In this document: one piece after another, positions 1 to 12,455 of the stretch
How the letters are laid out: the number at the start of each line of letters is the position of its first letter
How positions within the stretch are numbered: the stretch's first letter is position 1
Assembly (NCBI GenBank): GCA_026914245.1
Contig: CP110439.1
Location: forward strand, 6,820,001-6,884,000
From: Puccinia triticina
Lineage: Eukaryota
Direction: 5' to 3'
DNA length: 64,000 nucleotides
Notes under the pieces: generated by a model
Database searches by the model: none
Seen by the model: the letters and a program-made list of their open reading frames with translations, nothing else
What the model was told of the DNA's origin: nothing
Translations under genes and position numbers: made by a program

Positions 1-2286
1 GAAGAGAAGTAACGGGATGAGGCAGAACAAGCCTAATGCCAATATGCCCCAGGACGAGATAAAGATGGCGTGGTAGGAGGCTTGGTTGGAGTCGATCCTG
101 AAGATCACCGCGGCGCCCGCCGATTGGATCCCTGCGTCACAAATTCATCTCCCAAAAACTTCATGCCACATTCTTGCTGATTTTTCTGGGGAGAAAACTG
201 GGGCACACCTTTGTAAAATCCGACGAGGGGAGCTAAGTCTCGTGGGTCATCGGCTAACATACCCATAATCCAGCTACAAGTCGGGAAACAGCATGCAACG
301 AGCAAGAGCAGTTTGCATCAGTTTTGACATCCCATAACACTCGTCACACAGATAAATGGATGAAAAGTGGACGAGAGGGACTCAACTATGCGTATGTTTG
401 CCACATCGAATCAGTGACGCCTGAATGGTGGAGAGAAATCAAAACGATCATGGTAGTTAAAATCATTGCGGACATTTCCGAGAGCGAAGAAATGGGATGG
501 GAGAGGGGGTGACCACGGACCATAAAAGATGTAGAGCCAGACTCTACCCAAGTAGCCGGAGTCGTTCCAATCCATCTTAGTAGCCAGCGAGCCGCGTTCG
601 TAGTCTTTCTGGACGTCCCATCCGAAGCCCCAGACGAGGAAGATGACGGCGGTCAGGATGGCCCAGCCGAGACCCGCCCGCTGTTGCCGCTTAAACGCGC
701 GCTCGTAATCCAGCAGCAGCCCGAATAGCCCCGACCCGAAGATCTGCGACAGCCAGTATAGAAGCGCATTCAACGACCGCGTTCGCAGATTGAATAGCGC
801 TAGATTGTAGTCGTTGAATTGGTACGTATAGAACCTGTTATCGGGGTTTTTTTTTTTGGTCAAAAGAAAAAATGTTTAACGATCGGTTTTGGAAGACAAA
901 AACGAGCGAAAGAGAGAAGGGTGGTGGGGTATTGACCAATTGCTGGCCCAGAAAAAGGGGAACAGGAGCAGGATTGTTGGGTCTTGAGTCAAGGTTCTAA
1001 ACATAGCGCGGAGTTCGTGTTTCCAGTCCGGATTACGCTCGACGGTGACGAGGGAGCCATCGGTGCGAGTGATAGAAGAGGGACGGGCGAGGGTGAAGGT
1101 GAGGAAGGTGCCGATGAGAGTGATGATCAAGAAGGCGATATAAACCCCATTGGAGACCGGACTATCCTATCACGCATCAACAAATCGTTATCGGGAAACC
1201 CAAAGATCAGCATCCTCATGTATGCAGGCGTATCCGCCACTCTTCGTTCCTTCCGCCAAGAAGCACTCAACTGTTGTATCGTTGTAGTTCTTACCTAGGG
1301 CGACCGCTTCACCTAGGACTGCACCTGTTCCAAACCGATCGCGTTTTTTGGGCATAGCGTGTCAGACACAGACCGATTGAACAACGTTGATCGGAAACTG
1401 ACCTAGATTGAAGATGATCCAGAAGGCCGCAATGTATCTTCCTTTGGTGGCCTCGGTGGCATATGCCAGCATCAGCGAGCCCTGCGCGGTCCATAGCAAC
1501 CCGGCACAAACACCTAGTAGAGCGCCTGCTGCAATCACAAATCCACTGGGAAAATCACCCTTTTTTGTCAGATTTCTTTCTGTTTTTCTTCATACTTTTC
1601 AAAGAAGTGTCGTGCGCATTAACCGACCTGTTTTGGTTGATGTTGTACGACAGATATGAGCCAATGAATAACGTGTACCCGACCGATCTGTTTTCCCAGA
1701 TTGTTCAGTTCCCCCCCAAAAAAGTATCAAACAACTGAGACGAGCAGTCCAATACCGCAGCAAAGAAACAAGAAACCACATGTACCCAATTGTTAGAGAA
1801 AGCCTGGGGCCTAGCAGGTTTACAAAACTTCCAGACCCAAAAGCGGTCAAGGCAAAGGTCGAATACAGGGCAACATTGGCTATACATAATCACAGAGACT
1901 TATTGAGTTTTATGCTGCACCCAGAGAGAGAGAGAGAGGGAGCAAGACGAACCATTGTCCGCGGTGGTTGGGTCTATCTGCCCGCCGCCTCCAAGACCAC
2001 TCAGCGCATTAAACATTCCTGATTCCAAAGGGAGGCGCAAGCCACGCTCGAGTCAATGACAGTATCGAGGAAGGAAGGGGCAAGAAAGGGGGACGTCAGA
2101 CGAACCAGGACAACAGAAGCAGACCATGGAGATGATGACGACCTGGAGGAACGGCCGGCGGAAGAGGGCGGCGGGATGGAAGGGAGCGGCGGGTGTGGGG
2201 AGGACGACTTCTTCGAGGGGGTCCTGTGGAGCGGCTGGCTCGGGTATGGGCTCGAGGGGCGTCGGATCGGTGTCGGCGAGGGCCAT
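1..2286 (-). CDS. Multi-exon UNC-93-like (DUF895) MFS-type membrane protein; 3' end extends beyond window start
   Basis: ATG at 2286. Exons joined across GT-AG introns read ...QVVIISMVCFCCPG|MFNALSGLGGGGQIDPTTADN|ANVALYSTFALTAFGSGSFVNLLGPRLSLTIG ... ATEATKGRYIAAFWIIFNL ... ILLLFPFFWASNW|FYTYQFNDYNLALFNLRTRSLN ... LVGFYK|GIQSAGAAVIFRID. These motifs are typical of fungal UNC-93-like proteins. Exon 2 is 2018-1953; other exon boundaries are approximate. Confidence 0.9.
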
Positions 2287-3394
2287 GACGGGCGTCTTCC
2301 AAGCTCTCTCTCTCTCTCTCTCGTTTCGCCCAGCTGGTGCTCGGGGTGTGTCTGTCGGGTAGAGTTTGGGGCGGCACTGCCAGACGATCGGATTCGAGGT
2401 GACAGTCCCTTAGGGATCTTCCAGGTTCTGGTCCGTGCAATCGTTTGTTTTTGCGCTGGAGGTTCCGGGGCGACTGGGTCGATGAAAGGGGAGAACAGTG
2501 CCTATGAAGCAAGGGATGTGCTGCTGGGAAGGCGCTGCGAGTTGTCTCCGCACCTCTGCTGTAGCGTGAGGCTGCTAGGTTTGTCTGGCTGTCTCGTGCT
2601 TCGTGGGTTCTCCTGGAGTAGCACCCCACATGGCGGAGAGAGGAGTGCATGGATGTTTGCGCCGGGCTTATGGTGGGCTTCATCGGCTCAGCTCCATCTC
2701 ATGTCAACTTCTTTCCGAGTTAAGCTTGAATGCCATCTCATCTCTCGACAAACACTTGCCACTTCAGATCGAAATTTCGGGCAGACGCCCACCCTCAACC
2801 TTCTCCCAGCTTCTCCCAATGAAACTGCTCGAAAGCTGCTGGCAAATCCAACATTCAAGTCACCTGCACAGAACATCTGCGCTGTATGATCATGAGGTTA
2901 AGGTTTGGGACTCCCACACAAGGCTGTCACAACCTGTCACAGCTGTAACCCGCGGCCTGGTTCCCTCCTTGAAGGATGTCAACATCCTGTAGGCGCATAG
3001 CGTCTCCAAAGGAGAGGCTTACATACGTCCAATGCCACACCATTGACCCTACAGACTTGTGCTTTTCTTGGAAAAATCATTTCTTTTTGAAAATGATCAA
3101 AAAAGTGTATGCAGTTTGTGGTTTGGAAAAAATTGAGGAGACACTTGTAGCCTGCTATCACAGCTTTCATTAGCATAATGGCTGGTGTAACTCCACCTAA
3201 TCAGAGCATCCACATTCAGCACTAATTTAGCCTGGATTAGGGCACGTAGTCCACCCCACATCCACATCAGCTTGGATCAACTTGGGATCTACTTGACCTG
3301 AAGCTCCGTTTGGAGCTAGTGAGACCCCACTACACCACGGGCGATCTTTTAAATTTTCATTCCAGGAAATTTACTGTTTGGTAAAAAAAAAAAA

Positions 3395-3520
3395 AACTAA
3401 TTGGAATGTTTCCAGCCTTCTGGTATGGTTGAAGGACCAAAAACCAATTGGAATGCTTCTGGTATGGTCAAAGGACCAAAACTAATCAGAATGCTTCCAG
3501 TATGGTCAAAGGACCGGAAT
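3395..3520. repeat. Short tandem repeat, about 3 copies of a ~40 bp unit
   Basis: The unit aactaat(t/c)(g/a)gaatg(c/t)ttc..tggtatggt(c/t)(a/g)aaggacc is repeated three times. Confidence 0.7.
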
Positions 3521-3569
3521 CATCCCCATTGCAATTTGGCTTAAACCCAAGCCCCCAAAAAAAGGGTTT

Positions 3570-5112
3570 TGTCACACGACGGATGATGATTCAACCTTTT
3601 GGGCAAAGGGACGAATCAGTTTTTGCAGTGTTTGGCCAATAATGACTTCAGCCTTCACATTAATCTTCAAGCAGCCAGAGTTTGTCCCAAAATATTGCTT
3701 GCATCTTGACATGTCTAGTCACGTACCCCTTTTTTGACCAGCACAACTCTTGGATCAATCGAGACCAACTCGTCTCATCAAATTCTCTTCTCAAGTCTCA
3801 ATCAAGATGTCAAATAATTCTTGCACATGACAGCAAAGCAAACAACCCTTGCCTTGCTCGCAGTCATCTCGCAGCCACCTTCTCAGGTTCAAAATCATTC
3901 TGGCGCATGACAGTGAAGCAAAACCAGGACCCTGGAGACCCCCAATAAATGAGTGGCATGAAAATGCATGAATTTTTGCATTTTTTTGCAAAATGGTACG
4001 CATGAAAATGGTATGAATTGGCTTTGAAACCCAAAAGGGTACACATGAAACACCAAATAAATGTATTAATTTCCAATGAAATTCAGGTAAGTTGGCTAAA
4101 ACCCGCAAATCCCCGCTTAAAATCAGGGTTTTCAGGACCCCCAGTTGGATTTAAGCTCAAGCGTATGCATGGAAATGTATGAATCAGCCAAAAAAACCCA
4201 TTCCCCGGTGCCCCCCAATGTATGAATTTAGGCAAAATTCAGGAATTTACATGCCGCCCATTTAAAGCAACAGTGGGTAGTTATGTTACTAATAGCGGTA
4301 ATGTAACGGTTTTTAAGCCGTTATTGTAACGGTAACGTAACGGTTTTTAAGCCATTATTGTTACAGTTACTCGTAACGGTGGTGCGCTACGTTATCACAC
4401 CACCGCTTGAATCAGTTTTATCTGCTCGTTACGTTATCAGGGCCCGCGGCGCGCCAGATGCCAAGCCAATTTCAGCGCCAAAAGGGCCTTTGAGGGCTTG
4501 TTATTGTGTTATCCAAGCAATAATGTAGTGTAACGGCGTCGTAAAAGACCCGTTACGCTAACCCTTTGCCACTTAAACGGTCCGTTACTTGTAGTGTAAC
4601 GGGGCGCGGTGGATAACGCAGGTTATAGTTACATTACGCAAAAAGCGCGGATAACACAATGTAACGTAACTACCCACCGTAAATTATAGGGGGTTTCCAG
4701 GGTCCTGCAAAACCCCCTCGCCTCGCTCATGGTCATCTGGCGGCCACCTTACCATCAACGCTTGGGAAACAACAGGCACCACAGGCTTCTTTTCATTATG
4801 CTTCCCCTCCTATCTCTTCTTATGAAATACCTGCTTGTGTGCGCTCCTATATATAGATCACTCCACCTGTTGTATGCTTTCCTTCCTCATCAAAATAAGA
4901 TTATAGTTTTTAGCACTTTTGGATTGCCTTCTTGTGCACTTGTTATTCCGCGCCCCTTCTAGTGTTTATGGCTTAAAGCCCATCTATCAAACGCACCTTC
5001 CTGAAGTCAGAAGATACTTTGAACTCAGCCTCTCATTGCTGTTAGTCTTCCTGTCACTTCCTTTCATTCACCAAGTGCCCACCCGCCTGCCTGTACCAGA
5101 TGCCGTGTGACA
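3570..5112. mobile_element. Solo LTR containing a nested MITE
   Basis: Termini TGTCACACG...CGTGTGACA; 5-bp TSD GGTTT at 3565-3569 and 5113-5117. Confidence 0.8.
4271..4679. mobile_element. MITE with gtaac/gttac internal repeats
   Basis: TIR CAGTGGGTAGTTATGTTAC versus reverse complement CGGTGGGTAGTTACGTTAC (17/19); no clean TSD. Confidence 0.7.
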
Positions 5113-5341
5113 GGTTTGCATTGGATTGAAGTCAAAATGGATTTGACTTCATTCCAGGAAACATACATATGTACAGCGGGTCATCTAATGTTTTTGGCAC
5201 CACATTTTTTGAATGCAGAAGCTCAGGCCACAGCCTATAAGTCATGAGATTGGCTAAAGGAGTGGAAAATAAGTTCCTAAGAATGATTATGAAATAAAAA
5301 AAAAGTACAAATAAAAAAATAAAAAAAGTGGAATTTTTTTA

Positions 5342-6608
5342 CGGACTTACTCTGCACTGCGAAAAACTCTTCGCGCACTGTGGGGGTGGTCGTCTCGACG
5401 TCCCACCCCCAGTGCGCGCTTCCGCCACGGCTCTTCGCGCACTGTGCATTCCCCCAAAAAAACGGCTTCCTTTTCTGGAGATATTTTTCAATGAGTCAAT
5501 AGAAAGACCTTTTACGACCCCCCCAAAAAATAATCAAGTCATTTGGTGGTCTCCTTGAGCCTAGAGAAAATTGAGATGAAATAATCATATTTTAATGCGG
5601 CAGGGACCTGTAATATCGCTTCCTGTGCCCCAGTAGCCCCAAATATTTCACAGTATCATGGTACATGTGCAAATTCATGATCTGATAATTTTCAGAATTT
5701 TTCCCAGAGACATGAGGGGTGCGTGGCAGGCTTAGTAGGAAAATTACTGCTAACTGTACAGCTTTTTTTTACACACCCAAACAGTCCCAAAATTTCAGAA
5801 ATGTTTTCATTGTGGATATTCTCCGCGCCATAAATTTCTTGGCAATAGTGTTTCATGATAACATGAGATATAAGGGGTGCGCGGCGGGCTTAGTAGGAAA
5901 ATGACTGCTAACTTATCTAATGTTTTAATGACACACTATTGCTAAGAGCTTTATGGCGCGGAGAATATGCAAAATTGAAATATTCCTGAAAATTTCAGAC
6001 TGTTTCAGCGTGTAACAAAAAATCTATACCTGTAGCAGCCATTTTCCTACTAAGCCCGCCGCGCACCCCACCCCTTATATCTCATGTTATCATGACACAC
6101 TATTGCCTAGGAATTTATGGCGCGGAGAGTATCCACAATGACAACATTTCTGAAATTTTGGGACTGTTTGGGTGTGTAACAAAAAAGCTATACAGTTAGC
6201 AGTAATTTTCCTACTAAGCCTGCCGCGCACCCCTTATATCTGTGGGAAAAATTCTGAAAATTATCAGATCATGAATTTGCACATGTACCATGATACTGTG
6301 AAATATTTGGGGCTACTGGGGCACAGGAAGCGATATTACAGGTCCCTGCCGCATTAAAATATGATTATTTTATCTCAATTTTCTCTAGGCTCAAGGAGAC
6401 CATCAAATGACTTGATTATTTTTTGGGGGGTCATAAAAGGTCGTTCTATCGACTCATCAAAAAATATCTCCAGAAAAGTAAGCCGTTTTTTTGGGGGAAT
6501 GCACAGTGCGCAAAGAGCCGTGGCGGAAGCGCGCACTGGGGGCGGGACGTCAAGACAACGACCCCCACAGTGCGCAAAGAGTTTTTCGCAGTGCGCGAAG
6601 TAGGTCCG
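5342..6608. mobile_element. Foldback (MULE-like) element, almost fully palindromic
   Basis: Ends CGGACTTAC...GTAGGTCCG; ~560 bp inverted arms; 8-bp TSD TTTTTTTA (5334-5341, 6609-6616). The host's opposite arm shows the empty site. Confidence 0.85.
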
Positions 6609-7709
6609 TTTTTTTAATTTCTTGCAAATTTCTCAAAATGTTCATTACTGTTCAAACCAAGGGTGGGAAATTAGAGAGCACAGTATGGCATGTGACAAGA
6701 ATGATAAAAAATGAAAAATTTTGAAACCATTGCCAATGATTTTTATTGGATAAAATAAATTGAGTCAAATTAGTGGTGATTTGGGCTGCAGTCCCGAACT
6801 TAACTAAGTCCCTCTCTTGCCTGAGGCTTTGCCGGAGGGACTTATGACTAATCAGGGATTCTCGCATGAGAGATATTTTTGTTTTGGTGGTGATTTCCTT
6901 TGAACCACCAGAACTCGTTTCTGACCATTTTAAACCTTCTAAGATTTTGGTGGATGGTACACCTGCATCTGCCCCTCTTTCTCATATAATTTGAGACTCC
7001 CTTGCCTCAATCTTCATCCCTCTTTTATTTTTTGAAAAGTCTCATTTTTGAAGAAATTGACCGGATCACACAGAAAAGGTCCAAGCGTGCTCAGCCAAAG
7101 CGCTGTACTTTTATTGAATTATTCTTTTCTCAATCAAATGTTTAAAAACTTTGAGTTAAGAAATAGACAATCTGAAAAATGTGTAAAATATAAGAAAAAG
7201 CATGCAATGTATAAAAAGTTGGTCTTGTGAATGATGGTTGAGAATTACATGAGATACGGCGGATGTAACGAAATGAGAGCTGAAATATCCGGTTCTCTCA
7301 TGCGAGAATTCCTGATAAGTCATAAGTCCCTCCGGCAAAGCCTCAGGCGAGAGAGGGACTTAGTTAAGTTTGCTGCAGTCCCTGAGTTCAAATGAAATTG
7401 GTTGATAACCCATCCACCCAAAAAATCATTGAAAATAGTTTCAAAATTTTTCATTTTTTATCATTCTTGTTGTATGCCATACTTTGCTCTCCAATTTTAC
7501 CTCCTTGGTTTGAACAGTAATGAAAATTCTGATAAATTTGCAAGAAATTAAAAAAATTCCACATTTTTCATTTTTTTATTTTTACTTTTTTTTATTTCAT
7601 AATCATTCTTAGGAACTTATTTTCCACCCCTGTAGCCAATCTCATGGCTTAAAGGCTGTGGCCTGAGCTTCTGCATTCAAAAATGTGGTGCCAAAAACAT
7701 TAGATGACC

Positions 7710-8994
7710 TAGAGAATCTGCCGTTGGACCCGGGTGCCAGCGGCACCCGGGTGCTGCACCCGTTTTACCTGAAAAACAGGCACCCGCACCCGTACCCGGC
7801 ACCTGCCAGCGGGTGCCGCGGGTGTACCGGCGGTGTACCGGCGGGTGCCGCCGGAAAGGATCCCTTCCGGGAGACGAGGCTGTTGTAGTCTTGTCGTCCG
7901 CAAGGGATCCGCGGACGACGAGGCTACAACAGCCTCGTCGCTCGCAGGTGATCCCTTGCGGACGAAGAGGCTGTATCTTGTCGTCCGCAAGGGTTCACTT
8001 GCGGACGACGAGGCTGTATCTTGTCGTCCGCAAGGGTTCACTTGCGGACGACGAGACTACAACTCGTCGTCCGCAAGTGATCCCTTGCGGACGACGAGAT
8101 ACAGCCTCCTCATCCGCAAGGGATCCCTTCCCGGAGACGAGGCTGTTGTAGCCTCCTCCTCCGCGAGGGATCCGGACGACGAGGCTACAACAGCCTCGTC
8201 TCACTGAAGGGATCCCTTGTGAAGAAACCGCTAATTTTGCTCGCTGATTTTACTATTGTACTTTCTGACTTTTAACTTCTCTTTTCTGACTTTTGGACGT
8301 GCGTAACTTTTGCACTAATTTTCTTTCTTTTTTGAGAGACACGAAATATAAAATGGTATTGTTTTCTTTTTGGGAACTTTTGTCGATGATTTTTGAAAGA
8401 AAAGAGGAAATAACAAAATAAGTCTCTTGAGAAAAAGGGAAAACTTTTACAATCTGAAGGAGCTATTTATATTTGAGAGAAATCTTTAAGAAAGTTAGAT
8501 TGTCTAAATGAGTGTTTCTGTGTAGAGGTTCGTAAATAAGGGAACTATATCATAATATTTAAAAGGATCTGTTTATATTGTTTGTTGCCGTCTAATCGTC
8601 GAAACCCCATAACTACATATTTTTTTTTTCTTCGGTTGTTGTCCTGATTTTGACATCCCTCCCGGACGACGACGCTACAACAGCCTCGTCTCCCGGAAGG
8701 GATTCCGCCCAGACGACGAGGCTACAACAGCCTCGTCTCCCGGACGACGAGGCTACAACAGCCTTGTCTCCCGGAAGGGATTCCTCCCGGACGACGAGGC
8801 TATGCTGTAGCCTCTTCGTCTGGACGACCCAAACTCCGCCGCATCTGGGGGAGCTGGGGCGGTACCTGGGCAGGTACCCGGGTGCCGCACCCGTTTTACC
8901 CAAAAAACAGGCACCCGTACCCGCACCCAGCACCCGCGCGCGGGTGCGGGGCGGGTGCCGGGTACCTGCCGCGGGTCCAACGGCAGATTCTCTA
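7710..8994. mobile_element. Non-autonomous hAT element
   Basis: Perfect TIR TAGAGAATCTGCCGTTGGACCCG; 8-bp TSD AGATGACC (7702-7709, 8995-9002); acccg/cgggt subterminal motifs and internal gacgacgaggct repeats. Confidence 0.92.
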
Positions 8995-9290
8995 AGATGA
9001 CCCACTGTACCATTCCGGTTTTTTCCTTGATTTTAATCCCCGGAATATTTTCAAGTATGACTGACCAAGCCTCACAGAAGCAGGGTCATATGTATCCTAG
9101 TGCAGTTGGCAAGGAACTCTGGTGGGGTGGATCAGCAAGATGTTGCTGGTTCAAGCCCCTCTGTTGCCTATTTAAACTTGCCCATTTCTTGTTTTGAGCC
9201 TTCCACAGCCCGTGAAGCCATTCCAAATTGCAATTGAAAGCAATTCAGAAGGGTGTTGGCAATCTGAAATATTTTTGGATTGCCTTCAAG

Positions 9291-10932
9291 TGTCAGCCTA
9301 CGTGATGCCAAGGATATTATCCTTCTAGCTACACGTGGTGCAAAGCAAAAGATTAGAGTTATAAAACTCTAAGACAAGGTTATAAGGGTTAATTCCAACG
9401 TAATTGTTGGGAATTATGGCGTAAGAATAAGGCAATTTGGGCCAATTTGGCGTATTAAAATGAATATAATTAATTTTTAAGAGGGGCTTGATAAATCAGG
9501 GGTGTTTAATCCCTCTAGAATGAAGAACTGGGGCCTGTAAACAGGGGTGTTTCAAATCCCAGAAAGAAATAGCGGAGAATCTCAAGAGAAGGGGCTTAAA
9601 CTTACTAGTATAAGACCCTAGGGGCACTTGAGGTTCTTCTGGCGTGAAGTTGGGCAGTTGGAGGCGCTCAGAAGAGGTAATCTCGAGGGCAGGGTGGTTA
9701 CTGGACAGCTTCAGGGCGGAAAATTGGGGCTAAAAATCACGAAAGTAGGTATTTTACCTGGCAAATCACAGGCTAATGAGGCAGTTGAAGGCGGGTAAAA
9801 TTATAGTAGGTAATGTAAAGCTGGGGAATCTCCTTTTTGGGCGGAGAAAGGGCCCTTTTTATAGCCTAGGCAGGCCTCCAGGGGCGCCCAGGGGACAAGG
9901 AGACACTTGTGGGCGCATTCTGAGGCATTTTGGTTGCGCTAGAAGGCGCTGTGGGTCATGGAACCTTGGGGCTTGGATACAAGGGTTGCCAAGAGCCTTT
10001 TACAGAGGTTCTGCGTGTTTTTACACAAGCCTTACACGTCATGGGGGCTGGTTTGGGGGTTCTGTGACGCTCATTTCCGTGGAAATGTGCCACAGAAGGT
10101 ACTAGAACTGTCTTCTGTGCACTTGTAAACGTGCAAGCAGTGCTTCATACGTGTTCTGGAGGCGCTTATTGAGTGCTCCAGTTAATTTGACCCCTTCTAC
10201 ATATTTATTACAGTTGTAATTTACACGTAGTGAGGCTTGGGAGAAGCTGGGGCGCTTTCTAGTGTCTCCTGTGCACATTGCAAGAGCCTTTTTCCATCTA
10301 GAATGTTTTTATATTGGATGATGTGGTAATTGCATCTTGTTTGGTGATTAATTACATGTGTACAAGTCATATAACACATGTAATATTGCTATTGGGGCGT
10401 ATTCTGGCCCATTCTTACTTACTGGTAACCTGAGCGCTTTGGTTGCGGGCTAGTTTATGCATTATGCATATATGTACCCTATGAGCGCGGGCTTGAGCTC
10501 TAGGCAACAGAGCACGCGGGCTTGGGTGCGCCATGCAACAAATAAAGCCATCTTTTAAACTATACACAACACCTCATTTACGTCACTGTAAATGGGTGTA
10601 AACATATTTACTTATATATATATGCATACAAGTGCATTCCCACGGGCGTGATGCACTTGCTTGAACTTTGAAGTTAGTTTACACAAGGAAGGGATAATAA
10701 TTAAGGGTACGTGTAAGTGAGGTACCCTAGGTTATTTTACCCGTAGAATCAGAATCTTCCATAATATTTTACTTATTACTTACACAAAGCTAAATAATAA
10801 ATTATTTGTATGTTTTTACGTGGTTTTACATATGTAAGAGTAATAATGTCTCTTTCATATGTAAAACTACTTTTTATATTTTATTTGTATATTTTTATGT
10901 CACAGTGGCTCTGCCATAGCAGCCAGCTGACA
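9291..10932. mobile_element. Solo LTR (1642 bp)
   Basis: TGTCAG...CTGACA termini; 5-bp TSD TCAAG at 9286-9290 and 10933-10937. Confidence 0.8.
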
Positions 10933-11773
10933 TCAAGTAAGATTCTAGGAATATTCCAGTGGATTCATCAACCATCTGGTGATGGTCCCCCCTTGCATAC
11001 AGACACCTGAAAATGACATTGTTTGCCAATTGTAATCATTTTGATGAGCTTCGCCTGTGCCAGTGGTGTAGTCCTTGGACTGAACACACATGAACTCTAT
11101 GTGTTTTGGTGCCAAACACATAACATACAGGCTGTCAGCGGCGGTGATACCAATACTATAGTCTTCTAGCTACGCCAGCTTCAAGTTGAAAGATACTGAA
11201 GTATTGTGGATGGTAATTGCACAGATTCTAATTCAGAATACTGGCAGAGAGAGCAAAAAATAGGTATATTTTATACAGTGTGGTATGCTTTATGGTTACC
11301 CATCTATCCCATTTCAAAATTGCCTTTTTTCTCATATGTACACTCTCAAATCAACCAATATGGCGGCACCACTGGATTCTACGGCCAAAACTACACAGGA
11401 CACCATGGACAACACACCTTACACCCCTCTGGATCATAAGTTACAACCCCTTCAAGACACCATCATTCAGTTACATACACACAAAACACCATACTCAGGT
11501 CATGTAATTTGTTACATGAACCACACTTAACCAGGACATGTAATCCATTACATGGACCACCCTGACAGCTTGTCTACCCTTTATGAAGGGATTTCACGAG
11601 AAGACCGCAGCACAAATAGGGCACAGAGATGAGCCTTTGGGCTCGAGAGAGTACAGTGAGGGGGAGAGTGCTCACCGGATTGGCTCGGATAGTGGGCGCG
11701 GAAAAAACAGAGGAAGAACCGATGAGGTTGATTGCGCTGAACTAGACTATGGCAGATATAGGCTAAATACACA

Positions 11774-12339
11774 GAAGTGAGCCAGCAAGGATGATTCCTT
11801 TGCTGACCCCGACCAGGGAAGAGAAAGAGGTCTGAAGGTTTCTATTCCCGGCAAACATCAGAAAGTGGGGGTTCAGGCGCAAGCCAACCCCCTGTCATGA
11901 CGGGCAGGTGGGTGGTGTCTAAAAGTTCGCAACTCTGAAGCAAGCGTCACACTGGTGATCTGAGGTGGGGGGAGGAGCCTGCAGCGGAGTGCTCCATGGC
12001 TACTCCCTTGTTGGGGTTCATATAGGGAATCCTGCCTTTGCTGGCGAAGCATGCGCATAGCGCGAAGCTCCGGCTCGATCACCCAGGTGCCCTACGCTTA
12101 GCCGCCTCCATGGACAGGGGGGAACTTGTCGGTTCCCTCCTTGATCCCCTGCAATCCACTTCGGCTGTTGCTCTCACCTGGTACTTGCTGCGGGCCACTG
12201 TGCGGCAGTTTCCCGCAGCAAGTGTGGGAAGTGAGCCAGCAAGGATGATTCCTTTGCTGACCCCGACCAGGGAAGAGAAAGAGGTCTGAAGGTTTCTATT
12301 CCCGGCAAACATCAGAAAGTGGGGGTTCAGGCGCAAGCC
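11774..12339. repeat. 112-bp direct repeat pair downstream of the tyrosine recombinase (candidate Ngaro B1/B2 split repeats)
   Basis: 11774-11885 is identical to 12228-12339. A 79-bp segment between them (11916-11994) recurs at 18337-18415. Confidence 0.8.
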
Positions 12340-12455
12340 CACAAACTCAGGGTTTTGGGAGAGCCTGAGCCGCGCGTGAACACCCTACACTCTCAGAAAA
12401 ACCGGAGAAAAAAAAAAGGAAACCGAAGAAAAAACCCGGAAACCACAGAAACACT

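Larger units (their letters stand above)
5174..9007. mobile_element. Tc1/mariner-type non-autonomous element with long (~430 bp) TIRs, host to two nested elements
   Basis: ta|CAGCGGGTCATCTA...TAGATGACC[insert]CACTG|ta with TA TSD. 5174-5340 plus 6617-6870 is the reverse complement of ~7295-7709. Confidence 0.85.

Noticed and set aside
2056..2889. 277-aa plus-strand ORF
   Set aside because: Antisense to exon 1 and the upstream region of the UNC-93-like gene; no recognisable motifs
4268..4680. Third member of the CAACG 7-bp TSD family
   Set aside because: The left end reads CAACAGTGGG but the right end lacks the terminal TG and no TSD is recoverable
7685..9013. Multiple overlapping ORFs with RTTRL repeats
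   Set aside because: Artefacts of GC-rich internal repeats of a non-autonomous hAT element
11133..11567. Solo LTR suggested by TGTCAG...CTGACA
   Set aside because: No matching 4- or 5-bp TSD
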